NCBI GenBank assembly: GCA_964057225.1
Contig: OZ059898.1
Coordinates: 8,680,001 to 8,744,000, forward strand
Direction: 5' to 3'
DNA from: Auanema rhodensis
Lineage: Eukaryota; Animalia; Nematoda
Length of the DNA stretch: 64,000 bases
Made by a program: the position numbers and the translations under genes. A model generated the notes under the pieces. The model searched no databases, was not told the DNA's origin, and saw nothing but the letters and a program-made list of their open reading frames with translations. Position 1 is the first letter of the stretch. Each line of letters begins with the position of its first letter. Positions 1-13,679 of this stretch are shown one piece after another.

Positions 1-2577
1 TTTTCTCTCTCTCTCTCTTTCTCTCTCTGTCTAATTCTTCTATCTTCGTCATCCCTCGTATTTTCTTTTTTCTTAACTTCTAATTCTTATTCTCATACTC
101 CATATATCTGTATGTGTGATGGCTTACTCTATCTATAGAATGACGTTTACGTGACAGCACGTAAATCACATAAATCAAGTTCAGTATACACGTGCATTTT
201 GCGATTTTTTTATTCAAAATCTTCTGAATTGTAATGAAAACTTACAAATACATTTATTTATATATAGATTTTATTCTCATTCATCATTCGTTCTCTATCT
301 TTCCAACATTTTGGATGAATACTCTGTGAGCAGTGACAGACTAAGTAAAATGCCGATTATCTGATTTGGCATTTTTCCACGGAACTGCTACTTTTCCAAG
401 AAACTTCTAAAGCTTATTGTCTACCTTTCTAACTATATACTCGTGATTTTTGGTGTTGGTCAGGTGTTAGCAGAAACAATGATTGCCCGTTCTGGTCAGA
501 TGAATGACATCATAGACATGTTGTCATGCTCTATTTCAAGCAATCATCTTCTGATCTTTCTAAATATATCATTTATATTTTTATGTGTCATCACCATATC
601 TGTTGTTGTCACTACGATGGTCACGCTTTATATGAATTTCACGTACTCACGTTTCATCATTTTCTTAGGACTAGGCTTGAAGATCGGTTACATGTTGTCC
701 AACCCATTCATCTCTTTTTCTTTTCATTTTTCTCATTGTTTCTACGTTTTCATGTCCTGCTACCTTCCCTATTTTACCTTTTTTTATCTGGTTTTCAATC
801 CAATTCTGATATCCCCTGCAATATGGTGATAGGTATACCTTATAACACAATCTTTAAATCATTAAATAATACTTTGATACTTAAAATTATTATTATAAAC
901 TATATTATAACTATAATTGAACTCTAATTTTCATATCAGACTGTATATATATATATAAATATATTCATAAGAAGTTTTGATTATTTTATTTTTATAATCT
1001 ATAAGACTTATACTTCTTCTGAATGTTAGCAATCTTACTTAAAATATAATTTATGATTCTTAAATTCTCTTTCGTCTTCTTCTTCTTTTCTATAAAACTG
1101 TTCTGGAGATTACAAGGTGCCACTATCTATTTAAGATATAAGGCTATAAAGCTTTTCAACACCTCCATTCAATATTATCTTTGTTATTTTGTTGCATTAT
1201 ATGATGTTATAGAAATATTTTCTACTACAAATTCATTTTATTTGCCAATTATGATGAAAGAAATATTCTCGATGAAAAAGTTCCATCGCATTCAACGTCT
1301 TCATCACTCTAGCCTCAGGCATCTGTTGCGCAGACAAGGCGCATGATGTCATATCCTGACCATTATAAACGAGTTTCACGTCCTCTCGTTGTCATTTCCA
1401 TTTATAGATATAATAATCATTCAAAAATAATTTTTTTGGTAATGTACTTTCGAATAGAGGACAGATCAGAAACCGTTAAATCCCAGAAATGCACTTTAGT
1501 TTATTATTACGTTAATGCGTTTTTTCCTGGCTTCAAAGCTTTTTTTTTATCAATATTTATGTTCATCTTTTTCCTATCCAGCTTAAATATCGTCTTAACT
1601 ATTTCTTTTAATTAAGAAATAACTGAAAACAGTTTTTTGATCATAAAACATGAGATGGAGGTGCAAAGAGAAGAGGCGGGAGGGTTGGGGATTTCATTTG
1701 ACACATTCCCAAATTATAATACAAATGTATATCTAATCAATGTATCATCACACATCATTTTATTTCCTAAATACTATTTTTTCGAAGGAATGAAACGAAT
1801 TTTCAAGCCTAAAAAGACATTAAAACTCAGTTCAAACTATAATCGAAATAAAAAAAACTGTGATATAAGCTCATATCGTTAACTGATATATTTAATATGT
1901 TTTCCTCTATAAAATGGCTTATTTCTCTAAAGATTGTGATAAAGAATCACAAAATTGAGAGGAAAGATGCCGATGTATAGAGCTGATATTGGAATACTGT
2001 GTCTCAATCTTCTTCAACATAACAAAATGTTTTCAGAAGTTCTTTGAAAATTCTATAGATGATTTTTCAAAGAAACAAAAAAAACTAAAAAGAAGAAAAA
2101 AGATGAAAACTAATATGATCCATTCTATTGATTACTTTAACTATTTTGATTAATATATATATATATATATATATAAAATACATTTGTTTCTTATAATAAT
2201 AATATAGATATGTTGACAAATGCTCTTATATCGTATCATCAATAATCCGAGAAAATCTTTCATTCTTCTTATCATTTTTTTGCTTCTATTTCTAATCACA
2301 TTCCAATGCAATTGCTCAAATATATTAATATTTCAACTTATGTTAGGGCAATTTTGCTATTATATTTCATCATAAATTTATAAATATATTACTCTGAACT
2401 ACTATTCAAATATATTTTTTTAAATTTTATTTGATTGAATGATTATATTATTTTCTGTTTTTTATTATGCAGTTTAATGAACTATTTTTTTAAAAAATTT
2501 ACCCCCACCCCCTAATATTTACTTGTTTCTTTTATTCTTTTTTTCTCATTTACAGTAACTTCAGTAGTGGAAATTAC

Positions 2578-5500
2578 ATGAAGGAGACGTGTGAGTGTGT
2601 GGCCAGCACTGCAAATGTAGAAGAGGCCTATCCTGTCACAAGAACACCGGCCTACGACGTCTTCTTAGGAGGATCATGTGGAAATACGGTAAGATACAGT
2701 ACTATAAGTTCAAGAAATGACGTTCATACCGATAGGTATGGAGAAGACAGTTGGTTATTCCGTTTTTAAAGAAACGAAGCATATCATATTATGATCCACA
2801 GAGAAGTGTATGGAGTGAAAATATGATTTATGAAGAAAGTATAGCTAAAGAAGTTCGTTTATTCATTTTTTTTTCAAATTTTAGATAAAATTAATATAAA
2901 ATATTATAAATTTATAAAAATTAGAAAAAGAAAAATATATTGATTATAAAGATAATATACATATTATTAAATATATATTTATATATATTCAAACTACAAA
3001 CTTAGTTCTATTTAAATCATTTTAATCTGTATATTCTTATATATATGATGATATGATGATGAAAATAGCTAAAACTACTGTATCATCTTTTAAAATAAAT
3101 TAAAAAAAAAACTTTTTTTCTTATTGTTATAATCTTTTTATTTATATATATATATATATAGTTATATAATATTTCTTTTAATGTAAATAATCATATGACA
3201 ATCTTTCTTTTTTCATTATCATATCATATCACATTCATATTTCTTTTTTTATTATTTTCCATTAAAAGATTTACAAAATAGTCTGATATCATGAAGATAC
3301 TTATAATCATAAATACAATCATTATTTTCCGGATAATACGAAATGTTTGTTACATTTCCTTTATATAGAAGTTGATGATAGTAATTTAATGCTAGCATTA
3401 ATGTGACATCACTTCTTCTAGTTTTTTCCTTTTGTCTCAAGAATTTCTTCACATATTTTCTTTGCTTTTTAAAGAAACTATTTCATCTCAAAACAGTAAT
3501 TTCTAATCAAATATATTAAAGAGAATTAAAGTCATTTCATGTAATCAATCTCTTTCATGTTGCTTTCTAATTTTTCGGTTTAAAGACCGTATACCATGAC
3601 ATATAAACTGAAATACGTTCATCATGTATGATGTATGCTGTTAAAATATTCGAAGATTGATACAACAAATGAATAAAGATCGTTTATAGTTATGGAAGAA
3701 AGCCAGAAGGTACTGGAAGTAGATATACATTGTTCGTTTCCGTTGTTTTATAATACTTCTTTCATTTAACTTGACGACGTGATACGAATTCTATCCTTTT
3801 TTTCTCTTTATCACTATATATCATCGTATTTATTTTCTCATACATTATTTCATTCATTCTAACTCTCTCTCTTTCTCACACACACATTCTCTCTTTCTCT
3901 CCCTCTTCCCTCTCTTTCTCTCTTTCTCTCTTTCTCTCTCTCTCTCTTTCTTCTGATCTGATACAAGCTTTATCCGGAAAACCGATAATGGATATTGGAA
4001 AATAGGATGTAGAGCACGCGATTTCTTATTTTGCTCAATTCCAAAATCAGTTTTTTTACTAAATGATGATGATCATTAGCATTAAGCAATTTGGCCCTAA
4101 ATGACGTCATATAGAGGAAGACAGGTTGTAATACCAGAATTTTTAGTTCGATGTTTGGATGTGTCACGACAAAAATTCGGCAAATATGATCAGATAGAGA
4201 GTTAAAAAGATAGAGGGAAATGAAAAGATATGGAATATAAGAAGTAAAAGTAGGTTGCGGAGGGGGGGGGGAAGCTAATGGAGGAGTAAGCGATTGGAAA
4301 ACCTGAATAATCAACTTTATAATGTCATCATACCTCTTAATATCAATATGAATGTTTTAGATATATTTATATATAGCTCTAACCATTTATAGATACATAT
4401 ATGAGTAAGTTTTACATTTTTAGTAAATGATCATAGGTCTCTGAACTATTGCTAAACACACGTTACATACTTAGAGTATTCAGAAAAAGCTTACTTTGAA
4501 TAGATTCCCAGAAAATGCCTTCAAGCTCAAAGTTCTCAGGAAACTGCCGAAGTATGATGTCATCTGACATCATGCATAAAGATTTCCAACTTTCTCAAAT
4601 GATTTCATCGATTTTGTTTATAAACGTTTTGAGATGTTTTTGTGTTGCATTTCCTACACAGTTGGTTATATGCAACTAAAATATAATTATCTTTAAATAT
4701 ATTTTCTATTTTATGTAGACAATATGTCTTCGGAAGTTACTACTCAATTCTCTATGTTCAATCTCATCTTATGGTCATGTGCATAAGAGAGAGAGAGAGA
4801 TAGAGAGATTGAAGAGAATTGAGGAAATTAGAGAGGTGTAAAATCTACTTGGTTGTCAGTATCTAATGAACTTTTTTAGGGTTATTATTTAAAAGATCAT
4901 TGTAAATGTTTAGTTTATTGAAGAGAGGAAGAAAGAAATAACTAATCTTATATCTTATTCTTCTTATTATTCATTCAAACTAAGTCTACTCCGTACTCCG
5001 CTTTTGAAGCATTTCCTTTTTTTCCTTTTCTCCTTCATCTATTCACTCTCTAATTTTAATACAATATTTTTGAAATTTTCTCTCTTTCTATCTCTCTTCT
5101 CTTATTCTTTTGATCGCTATTTCAAAAGAAAAAAGTGTAAGAGAAGGAGAGGTAAAGAGAAATGAAGAAGAGGAAGAGAGTATAAAGAGAAAGATCGGAG
5201 TAACAAGAGAGAACTGAGGAAGTATGTACGCGGCAAGATGACATCACTATTCTCCATATTCCCACTGGAGAAGTTATTCTAGACGGGACCTTGATAATTT
5301 ATTCTCTTCTAAATTTATTTTTCAATGAAATGACAGATTTAATCATTACTCTTGATAATATTTGGATAATTAATCACTTGATTATCATTTTATTATCTCA
5401 CTTTCAATAGGAAATTGATGAGTAAACCTATATTTGCTAGAGGAATCTTCTTGAAGAGTGACATTTATATCCAGATTGAAGCTATTTCCCATCTTTATGG

Positions 5501-5708
5501 CCTTGAAATTGAAACTTCTTTGGTAGAAAGTCATGAGATAGACAAAGACTAATGCACAACTGCTGTTCACTCTAATTTTAAAAAAAAATGTTGTTTTTCG
5601 TCAATTTTCAGGACGTGATAATTTGCATTAAAAAATAGGGGGAAAAGGAAAAAGGGGATCAGGAAGCATTTTGAGAATGAAAATTTCAAAAATAAATGTT
5701 TTGAAGGA

Positions 5709-5757
<49 letters not shown>

Positions 5758-8412
5758 TATACATATAATATGTCTATTCATCGTTCTTTTTTAATAAACA
5801 AGTGCCTTTTCCGGACAAAGTGATGTCATGGAGTAGGCTTCTCAAACAGCTATTTTGCTCAAGTGGCATCGCCTCAACAGCTTCTTGCCTACGAACAGAT
5901 TTGTGTTCGACTTTCAAACATTTTCATTCAGAATATATCCTTATATTCTTCAATGTTATTCATGTTTATCATTGAAAATGAACAATAATAACAATAAATA
6001 TTCAAAATATTTGGATGATAAGATGATTTGAATAAAGTTAAAATAAGAGATTTAAGATTGAAACGTCGTAAACATTTAGTCAGATTTTTATTTTTTTGAA
6101 CTAGTAGTTTATGTTCTTGCATATCTAACAACTAAATTCCCAAATGGAAACAACTATGTTTGTTTATTCAAAAGCCATTCACTAAATTTTTTGGGATGAC
6201 GTCATTTAGACTGCATTTGTAAAATAAAAAATTAAAAAAAATGAAAATATAATGAATAGTTATGTATGTACAATGCCTTCTTCCCCACTCCACCTCCAAT
6301 GACTTCATGAATATATTAAGATTTGAAAAGAAAGAATAAAAAAAGGAAATAATAATAAATTCAAAAAGAACAAAAATCATTTATAATTGGTATAGATAAT
6401 AAGTATTATATTCTTTTTTTATTTTAAAAAAAAAGTTTAAGCTGATATCAAATAGTTATAAATAAACATATTGATTATAGGAAATGACATATTTTAATCT
6501 TTTTTTTACAGAATTCTTCACTATTCTTATTCGTGATTGATCCTGCTACCGTTAATGCAACATCATTTCTTGAAATTGCATACTTTGCTGCACGAAAATC
6601 TCCAAAGCTTGTAGTGGTGTTCTTGGGCAAAACGGAATGGAAAGCAAAAGCTCATCCTGACGATGTACCAGATCGAAATAGAACATGCCAACTATTGGAT
6701 AGAATACTAGATGCTCATGATGTACCAATGCTTCATAGTATACAGGTTGGACAAATTCTTCCTATATCAATCATATATTATATGAAATTAAGGATGCTTT
6801 GAATTATATTGAAGAAGAAATAATTGGCAATAAGAAATGGACAGAAGTTTTGAATGTTCCTTGTCAACGGCTAGCTTATCTTTCACTTCGCACACGTCGA
6901 GCAGCTCGAGCAGCTCAAGATCATGCTCGAACAGCTTGGGGTCGTGTACGAGCAGTTGCCTCAAAAGCCGGAGTAGCCGGTACTATAGATACGGTATGAT
7001 AAAACAACTTATATTTATTATAGATTAATATAAATATTATAGATTATATTATTAACTTGTCAGTTAATCGCTCCAAGTATGCCTTTATTACTCGTTATTA
7101 TACCATTATTTATAATTAACGTTGTTATAATCATATCAATAAACAGATGGCAGCATTATAGGTAATATATTTTATTATTTTTTAAAATTTTTAAATGAAT
7201 ATATATAGTATTAACTATAATATTTAGATCTATGAGACCACGAACTGTTGTGGATTCAACTATGTTTCCAACACGTCAGACAGCAGCTATTCCATCACCT
7301 CGTATGGCAACAGTTACAACTCCATTAAATCCAAAAACATCTAAACATGCATCAAGTAAGTTAAAAGATAATTTTAAATTATATATATATAGTTATAAAT
7401 GCATATTTAATCAATATTGTATAATCATATTCATATTTTAATCCAATTTTTAATAATAAAATTCAAGAATATCATACATTTAAAAGATCATAGTATTAAG
7501 TAGTATGATAAGATATTATCATATCAAGCTTATGTTTCACAACTTAAAATGTTTATATATACTATTTAAATTTTAAAATGAATTTTAATTGGGGAAAATG
7601 TAATTATTATTTATATTTTAGTTAAATCAAAACGATTTTGTGACGAATTAATGGTGGAAGATGGATCTAATGCATTCAGTGTACCAGAGAATATGAGAAA
7701 AGATATCCATATTAATGGAAAATTAAAAGCAATAGAGGTAGAATTTTTAATAAAAATTACAAATATTACATAAATTCTTACAGAATATCAACTGTATAGA
7801 ATTGGTTTGTAGTTCATTAGATGAGACAGAATGGATTTCAAAGGATGCTGTACCACAGATGGAGTTCGTTGATAACTCCAAATGAACTTTTCTATTTTTT
7901 GTATTTGTAGTGGCAACTCAATTCCATATTCAAGTGGTCTCTCAACACCTGGATTATTACCTGAAATACGGATGAATTGTCTGAAAGCTTGGTCAACAAA
8001 TTTTAAGCATTTTTTCTATCATATTCCATCAACAAAGACATTTTTATCGGGCATGGTTGAGGTACTGATTGAATAATCAAATAGTCATTTATGTTTTAAA
8101 TTTCAATCTAGATTGCTTATATGCTTGGTCATTCATCATGGGAAGTTACTGTCTGCGTACCTCGTGAGGCTGAAACATTAGAAGTGGAATCAGCTGATCA
8201 GGAAGATGAAATTGCTCGAGCGGCACGTAGAAGACGAAATGATTGTTATCAAATCGCATTCTGCTATTTGAAGGTTTGTTCTTTGAATCCCTAGATTGAA
8301 TAATAGAAGAATCTCATTTAAGGATATGGCAAAACGAAGACAATGTCGTGTATTTTCTGATCTAGAAGAAGCTATTAGGCATGTAATGAAACACACATCT
8401 GCAGGCTTTTAA
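2578..8412 (+). CDS. olrn-1: Raw-repeat (NDT-like) membrane protein, OLRN-1/Raw orthologue; ~11 exons, possible extra 5' exon unresolved
   Basis: Spliced translation gives YDVFLGGSCGNTVWRRQLVIPFLKKRSISYYDPQRSVWSENMIYEESIAKE (Raw repeat), then LILFVIDPATVNATSFLEIAYF, a hydrophobic segment at ~7044-7161 and a second degenerate repeat ending CYLKDMAKRRQCRVFSDLEEAIRHV..AGF*. GT-AG introns, including a 3.6-kb second intron (2853-6510). Confidence 0.85.
5712..5756. repeat. (AT)n microsatellite
   Basis: Direct reading. Similar (AT)n tracts lie at ~40915-40946 and ~57944-57984, and (CT/GA)n tracts at ~1-30, ~3863-3950 and ~46122-46180. Confidence 0.95.
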
Positions 8413-10544
8413 CCAACACATAGTAATATAAAACAGAAGTCAACAAGAAACAAGAAGCAATATAGACACTTTGCTTTGTCTTAATACAGAACCATTCTCT
8501 CAAGTTTGAAGAAGAGGATATAAGAAACTTATCTAGTGAAACCAATTTCACTTTCCTTACCAGTTTCTCATCTCGCAACTTTCTCTTCTCCTCACCCTAT
8601 CCCTCTTTCTTTTTCCCTTTCTATCTTGTTTCTCAATTTCTGTTTATACTCTCATCAGAAAAACCTCATTTTTGATTTGAAAAAAATATACAATCATATA
8701 GGAATACTGACAGATTTCAAGAATTTACTTGAATCATCAGAAACAAATGTCATCATATCGTCAATGTGTTAAATCCCTATATATGAAGCAGTATTATGTT
8801 ATACGGTTATCTTTATTTTAATTTATTTTGTTTTGTTTTGATTTTTCAAAAAAAAAAACAATTCTGTCTCAATCTGATTCGTTGTGGATAGCCGTCATAC
8901 TGGGTTGTGAATAATCATTACGTTAAGAATATATTATATAAACCAGCAATAACTATATTCAATATATCCTTTTCCCCCTCAATTTCTAGTTCAACCTCTT
9001 ATTTCTTTAGTTTATTTTTATATTTATATAGTGTTATATATACATACATATATACTATATTAGAGAAGTATGAGCTGAAGAACTATAGTTTTGATTGACG
9101 CTAGCCAATCGGCAGATTGTTAACACATAACACTGTTTTCTCTCTCTCTCTCTCTCTCCCTCTCTCTCTCTTTATCTCTTTATATCTCTCATTTTCTACA
9201 TTCATTTGAAATGCAGGATGGAACACCACCATATGTATTATATGATATAGTTACTAGTAGTATTATTATCAGAGTATTTAGCTATATAGTAGCTGATTAC
9301 CTTAATTATACATATGATTTCATTTATATTCATATAATATTTGATTTTATCAAATATTATATGATTCATTATTTCTCTTATTATTATTACATGTCTCTTG
9401 TACAACATAGCCTTACGATACAATTATTCAGTTTTTTTGAATAATTGTCCCATAATTCTGAAGCTTCCTTCATGATATTACATAGCTTGTATAAACTATT
9501 CTGTAATTAATATGAATATCATGGGAATTTAAGCTTCTTTGCTCAGGAAATCTCAATCAAGGCCTTGAACCTCTTTTTTTTGTTTTTATTATTATTATTA
9601 TTATTGTGTCGTTTGTAGAAAAAAAGATATTGTTGTTTAACTTTATCTCAGTTTATATTTTGTCTCCAGTTTGTCAGATTCTTAAATATATATTATAATA
9701 ATATATAATATTTAATAATTGAATCATAATTGTACAACACTAGTGACAGATACAATAATGTTTTTTTTTTTCAAATTTTAATAATGTTATTTTCATGATA
9801 AAAAGTTTTAATTTTAATTATTTTTCTATATACAATGTATACAAATATTTTTATTTCTCAATATGGACAAGAAGATATTGAAATTTTTACACTTATTTCT
9901 GATACATTCGAAGAAATATATTATTTATAAAAGTATTTTATTAATTAAAATATATATTTATTATAAATATATATATAATCTAATGTAATATCTATATACA
10001 TTTTGGTATAAAGTGACCAACAGAAGACAAAAACATTTTCAATGAATACTTGTATTCATTCTACATGATTACTGGATATTCCAAGTTTTTCCTTTTATAA
10101 AATAAAATAAATTTTAGATATATGTATGTATCTACATATATGTTTATTTATAGATTAGAGTAATAGTATTTATCTGGATGAAAAGTGGAAAAGGAGAAGC
10201 TTTTACGTGTCTCTCCCCCCCCCCCTCCTTCCACTACTACTACTACCACAATCATCTTTCCCTCTATTTCTCTTGAAGACTACTTACCACCACACATGGA
10301 ACACGTTTTTCTTATTAGGATTTCTTATATTATTTTCCGTTTATTATTTATTTTTTTGCTTTATTATTAGAATTATTATTGATATTATTATATATTTAAT
10401 AACATATATCATATAACATAAGTTTTAATAAATTTATTTTAATCAATACAGTTCACAACATTGGTTTTTTTTGCCTCATTTTCACTTTTTTCTTTTTAAA
10501 TTTCTTAAATGTTATAACTTTTTATTTGTTAAATTGAATATAGA

Positions 10545-12013
10545 ATTCCATTTTCCAACATAAGTGTCACTATCACTCAGTGGGGTTCAGTTTTGTTCTT
10601 TTCGTATTCAAATTATTTGACCTGCATTCTAAATATCAAAAGAACGTCTTTGTTACCTGAATCTTCACTGTGACTTGAGAATCAAATCAGAGTAAATCCG
10701 TCTTACCTATGACTTCTCATATAATTTTAGGATTTTTTATTATAATTATAACAGGTATATATCTTCTTATTTATTATTTTATTTTATTTTTATTAAAGTA
10801 AAAGCTCAAGTACGAATAGGAGAATTTTACTTTCCTGTTACCGTACAACCACCATCATTTGAAATTCAAAAAAATGATCAAACAGATACGGTATATGATG
10901 AAATAGTTAATATTCAAACTGATAATGAAATTACAATACCAAATATTAATAAGGTAATTATTATAATTTATATGTTATATATTGTGTTTATTTAGGATTT
11001 AATAGGAGGAACATCAGATAAGCAAAAAGCAGCTTTCTCTTTATCATCAAAATTTAAGGTTTTCTTATATTTGTTTTATTCAAAAAATACTTATTTTTGT
11101 ATTTTTTTGAAGTCTCCTGATTCATCTTATAAAACAGATGAAATTTCATCAAAAGACATGCATTCAGATGGAAAAGCTTTGATTCCTAATAAGGCAATTC
11201 AGTTCAAGATTGACAGTGGTTTGTGTTATCCATTTTTCTTGTTATAGAGAAAACAAAATAATATTATAAAATTGATTTCAAGGAATTCCATTAACATCAC
11301 CAATTCCCAGTACAATTCCAATTAGTATGGAACCTGTCATTACTATGTCACATTCAATTGTTTCAAATAAGGATGAACCAGAAATATCTGTTAGTTAATA
11401 TTATATAAAATTATGAATAAATCATAAATATAAAAATTTTTATAATAAAATTCAAGTTTTTCAGTCAAACACATTGTCCCCATTACCTCTTATATCTGAT
11501 CAAATTGATATATCTAATGACTTAAGTGATAAACAAGGTTCTAACATAGTTTATATGAACCACGTTATGTTACATTTTTTTTCCAGAAAATACAAGTGTT
11601 ACAAAGAAAATGGAAGTCATAGTTCCAAAACTTGAAACTGATATTCAACGTTTAGATTTGGAAGTCAGCGTATTAAAGGTATATATTATAAAAAATATTA
11701 AATTTATATAAAAATTTATTTTTAAAATTTCAAAGACAATAAAAAATTCAAAAATTCGTGAATCTAACCTAGATTTCTCTTCATTTCCTTCTTGAAAGAT
11801 ATTTTTCAGGATTTGGTAAGAAAAATTCTTCGTCACGTGTACAGAGACAAGAGGAAAACGATGAAAAGTCTGCAATCACAGATATCTGGATCGTCATTGA
11901 TAAAAGAAAATTTACGTGCTGTTCAAACTCTTGATTCATCATCCAGTGAACCATTCTTACACACTTGGCCAAATTTCAATCCCCGTACACGTTTCAATTC
12001 GATTCATTCATGA
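10545..12013 (+). CDS. Uncharacterised multi-exon Ser/Thr/acidic-rich protein; start not resolved
   Basis: Chain of in-phase exons with short GT-AG introns (VKAQVRIGEFYFPVTVQPPSFEIQ..., DLIGGTSDKQKAAFSLSSKFK, ...VPKLETDIQRLDLEVSVLK|DLVRKILRHVYRDKRK...RFNSIHS*). Confidence 0.6.
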
Positions 12014-12276
12014 GAAATGTACTTAATAAACTTTGATAGGAAAGAACTATGTATATAGACCTTTCTATTCCCATTCCGTCTTCTTCACTAACTCATTCTA
12101 CCTAGAATTGCCTTGACGTCTCTAGGACATTAATATTTTAAATTGAAGAGAAAAAACACCAAAACAATAAAATCAAATATTATTGTTTTAATATTATATA
12201 AATATAAATAATAATAAAATATTGTAAAGAATGTTGTTTGAAGTTTATTAATCAATTTATACATAGCTTTACGGTT

Positions 12277-12660
12277 TTAATGCGATGCAATCCGCCGACT
12301 TGTCTTCTTCACACATCTTGGAAGAACTTTAAGCCCCTTGCCTTTTAAAAAGCAACAGTTATTTGGAAGCAAGCAGCATCTCTTCTTTTTTCTAAAAAAA
12401 AAACAATCAATTAATATAAAATATATTACAAATACAATATATATATATATTATAACTAAAACTTACTTTTCAACAACTTCTGTGACAATTTCCTTCAAAG
12501 ATTTGACAACATTTTTAGTCATTTCTTTATCATTCTTAACAACCTTAGTAGTTATAGTTGTATCAGATGTATCTTCCAATTTCTTCTTTTGCAAATCTTT
12601 TTCTGGATCATAATCTTCATTATTCCATTCATGCTTAGGTACAACCATAAGAAGCTTCAT
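12277..12660 (-). CDS. Small two-exon protein with basic, Cys-pair-containing C-terminus
   Basis: TTTTAG acceptor 10 nt before ATG. Exon 1 MKLLMVVPKHEW...EVVE ends at a GTAAGT donor; exon 2 reads KKKKRCCLLPNNCCFLKGKGLKVLPRCVKKTSRRIASH*. Confidence 0.6.
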
Positions 12661-13679
12661 CTTGATACTACTAAAATAAAAATAAAAACATTAAAAGAAA
12701 AGAATTGAAATGAAAAAATAAAATGAAACAACACAAAGTTAAAAGGAGAAAAGTTGGAAAAATGTGTGAATAAGGTGTCTTTTATGTATATATACATAGA
12801 ATTGGTTCAGTATATGTAGATATACGCCTTGGGTTTTGGGGGACATCATACAGAGAAAGGGACTTGTTTCTGACGTCAGAACAGGATCAGACGCTCTACG
12901 ATGTCGTTGTCATACTATGAATGAATCAGCATGTTTTAAAATATCTTTGAAGAAATAAGACAAGAAATCACTAGAATGTTCTTTCTTCTATATCAATCTG
13001 TTCATTTTTCATATAATGCTTCTATATCAATCTGTTCAGTATATTGAAAAATAAATAAATAAATAAATAATATTAATCAATATACATATATCTTTTGAAT
13101 AATAATAAACAAAATATATTTTAGAAATAATAAAAGAAAAATCTCTTTTTTTTTCTTTTATTATATAATCATCATTTATATGAAATAATGATGATATATC
13201 TTAGATCATTCTTCCCATTAATGTAACTAATTGATCTGTACAATATGACGACAGTCAATACACGAAAACTGAAAAAAAAAGAATTCTGAAAAAAAAGTTT
13301 TTGTTAATCATTCTTTTTATTTTAATTATTAATAAAAATTAAAATGACATCATTTTATATTTTGATTAAAGAGCTTTTAAATTAAGTACAAATTAAGTAT
13401 TTTTAAAATATTTTTATATTAATCATTTAAATTGAATATACTATTATTTTCTTATTTTTCATTATTAAAACCTTTAAAATATTGCAACTATTTAGATTTT
13501 ATTTTTGAAATTTGATATGAATATTATGTCATTATCAAAGATCTATTACCAATTTTGCATATAGTCACTTCTGTGGCAAATTATTTGATTACGCACTTTC
13601 AGACAAGCTGTTATCAGAATCTATCAAATGGGTCCGGTTACCGTCCTGATTACGAGCCAGTTGCTGTTTCTGACCTGCA

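Noticed and set aside
443-927. Two overlapping hydrophobic plus-strand ORFs (128 and 133 aa)
   Set aside because: No recognisable motif or supported splice structure. They look like the antisense shadow of purine-rich sequence, and the opposite strand has many stops. Left unresolved.
1212-1440. Possible upstream olrn-1 exon (MMSYPDHYKR)
   Set aside because: Candidate donors are phase 0, whereas the acceptors at 2556-2568 require phase 2.
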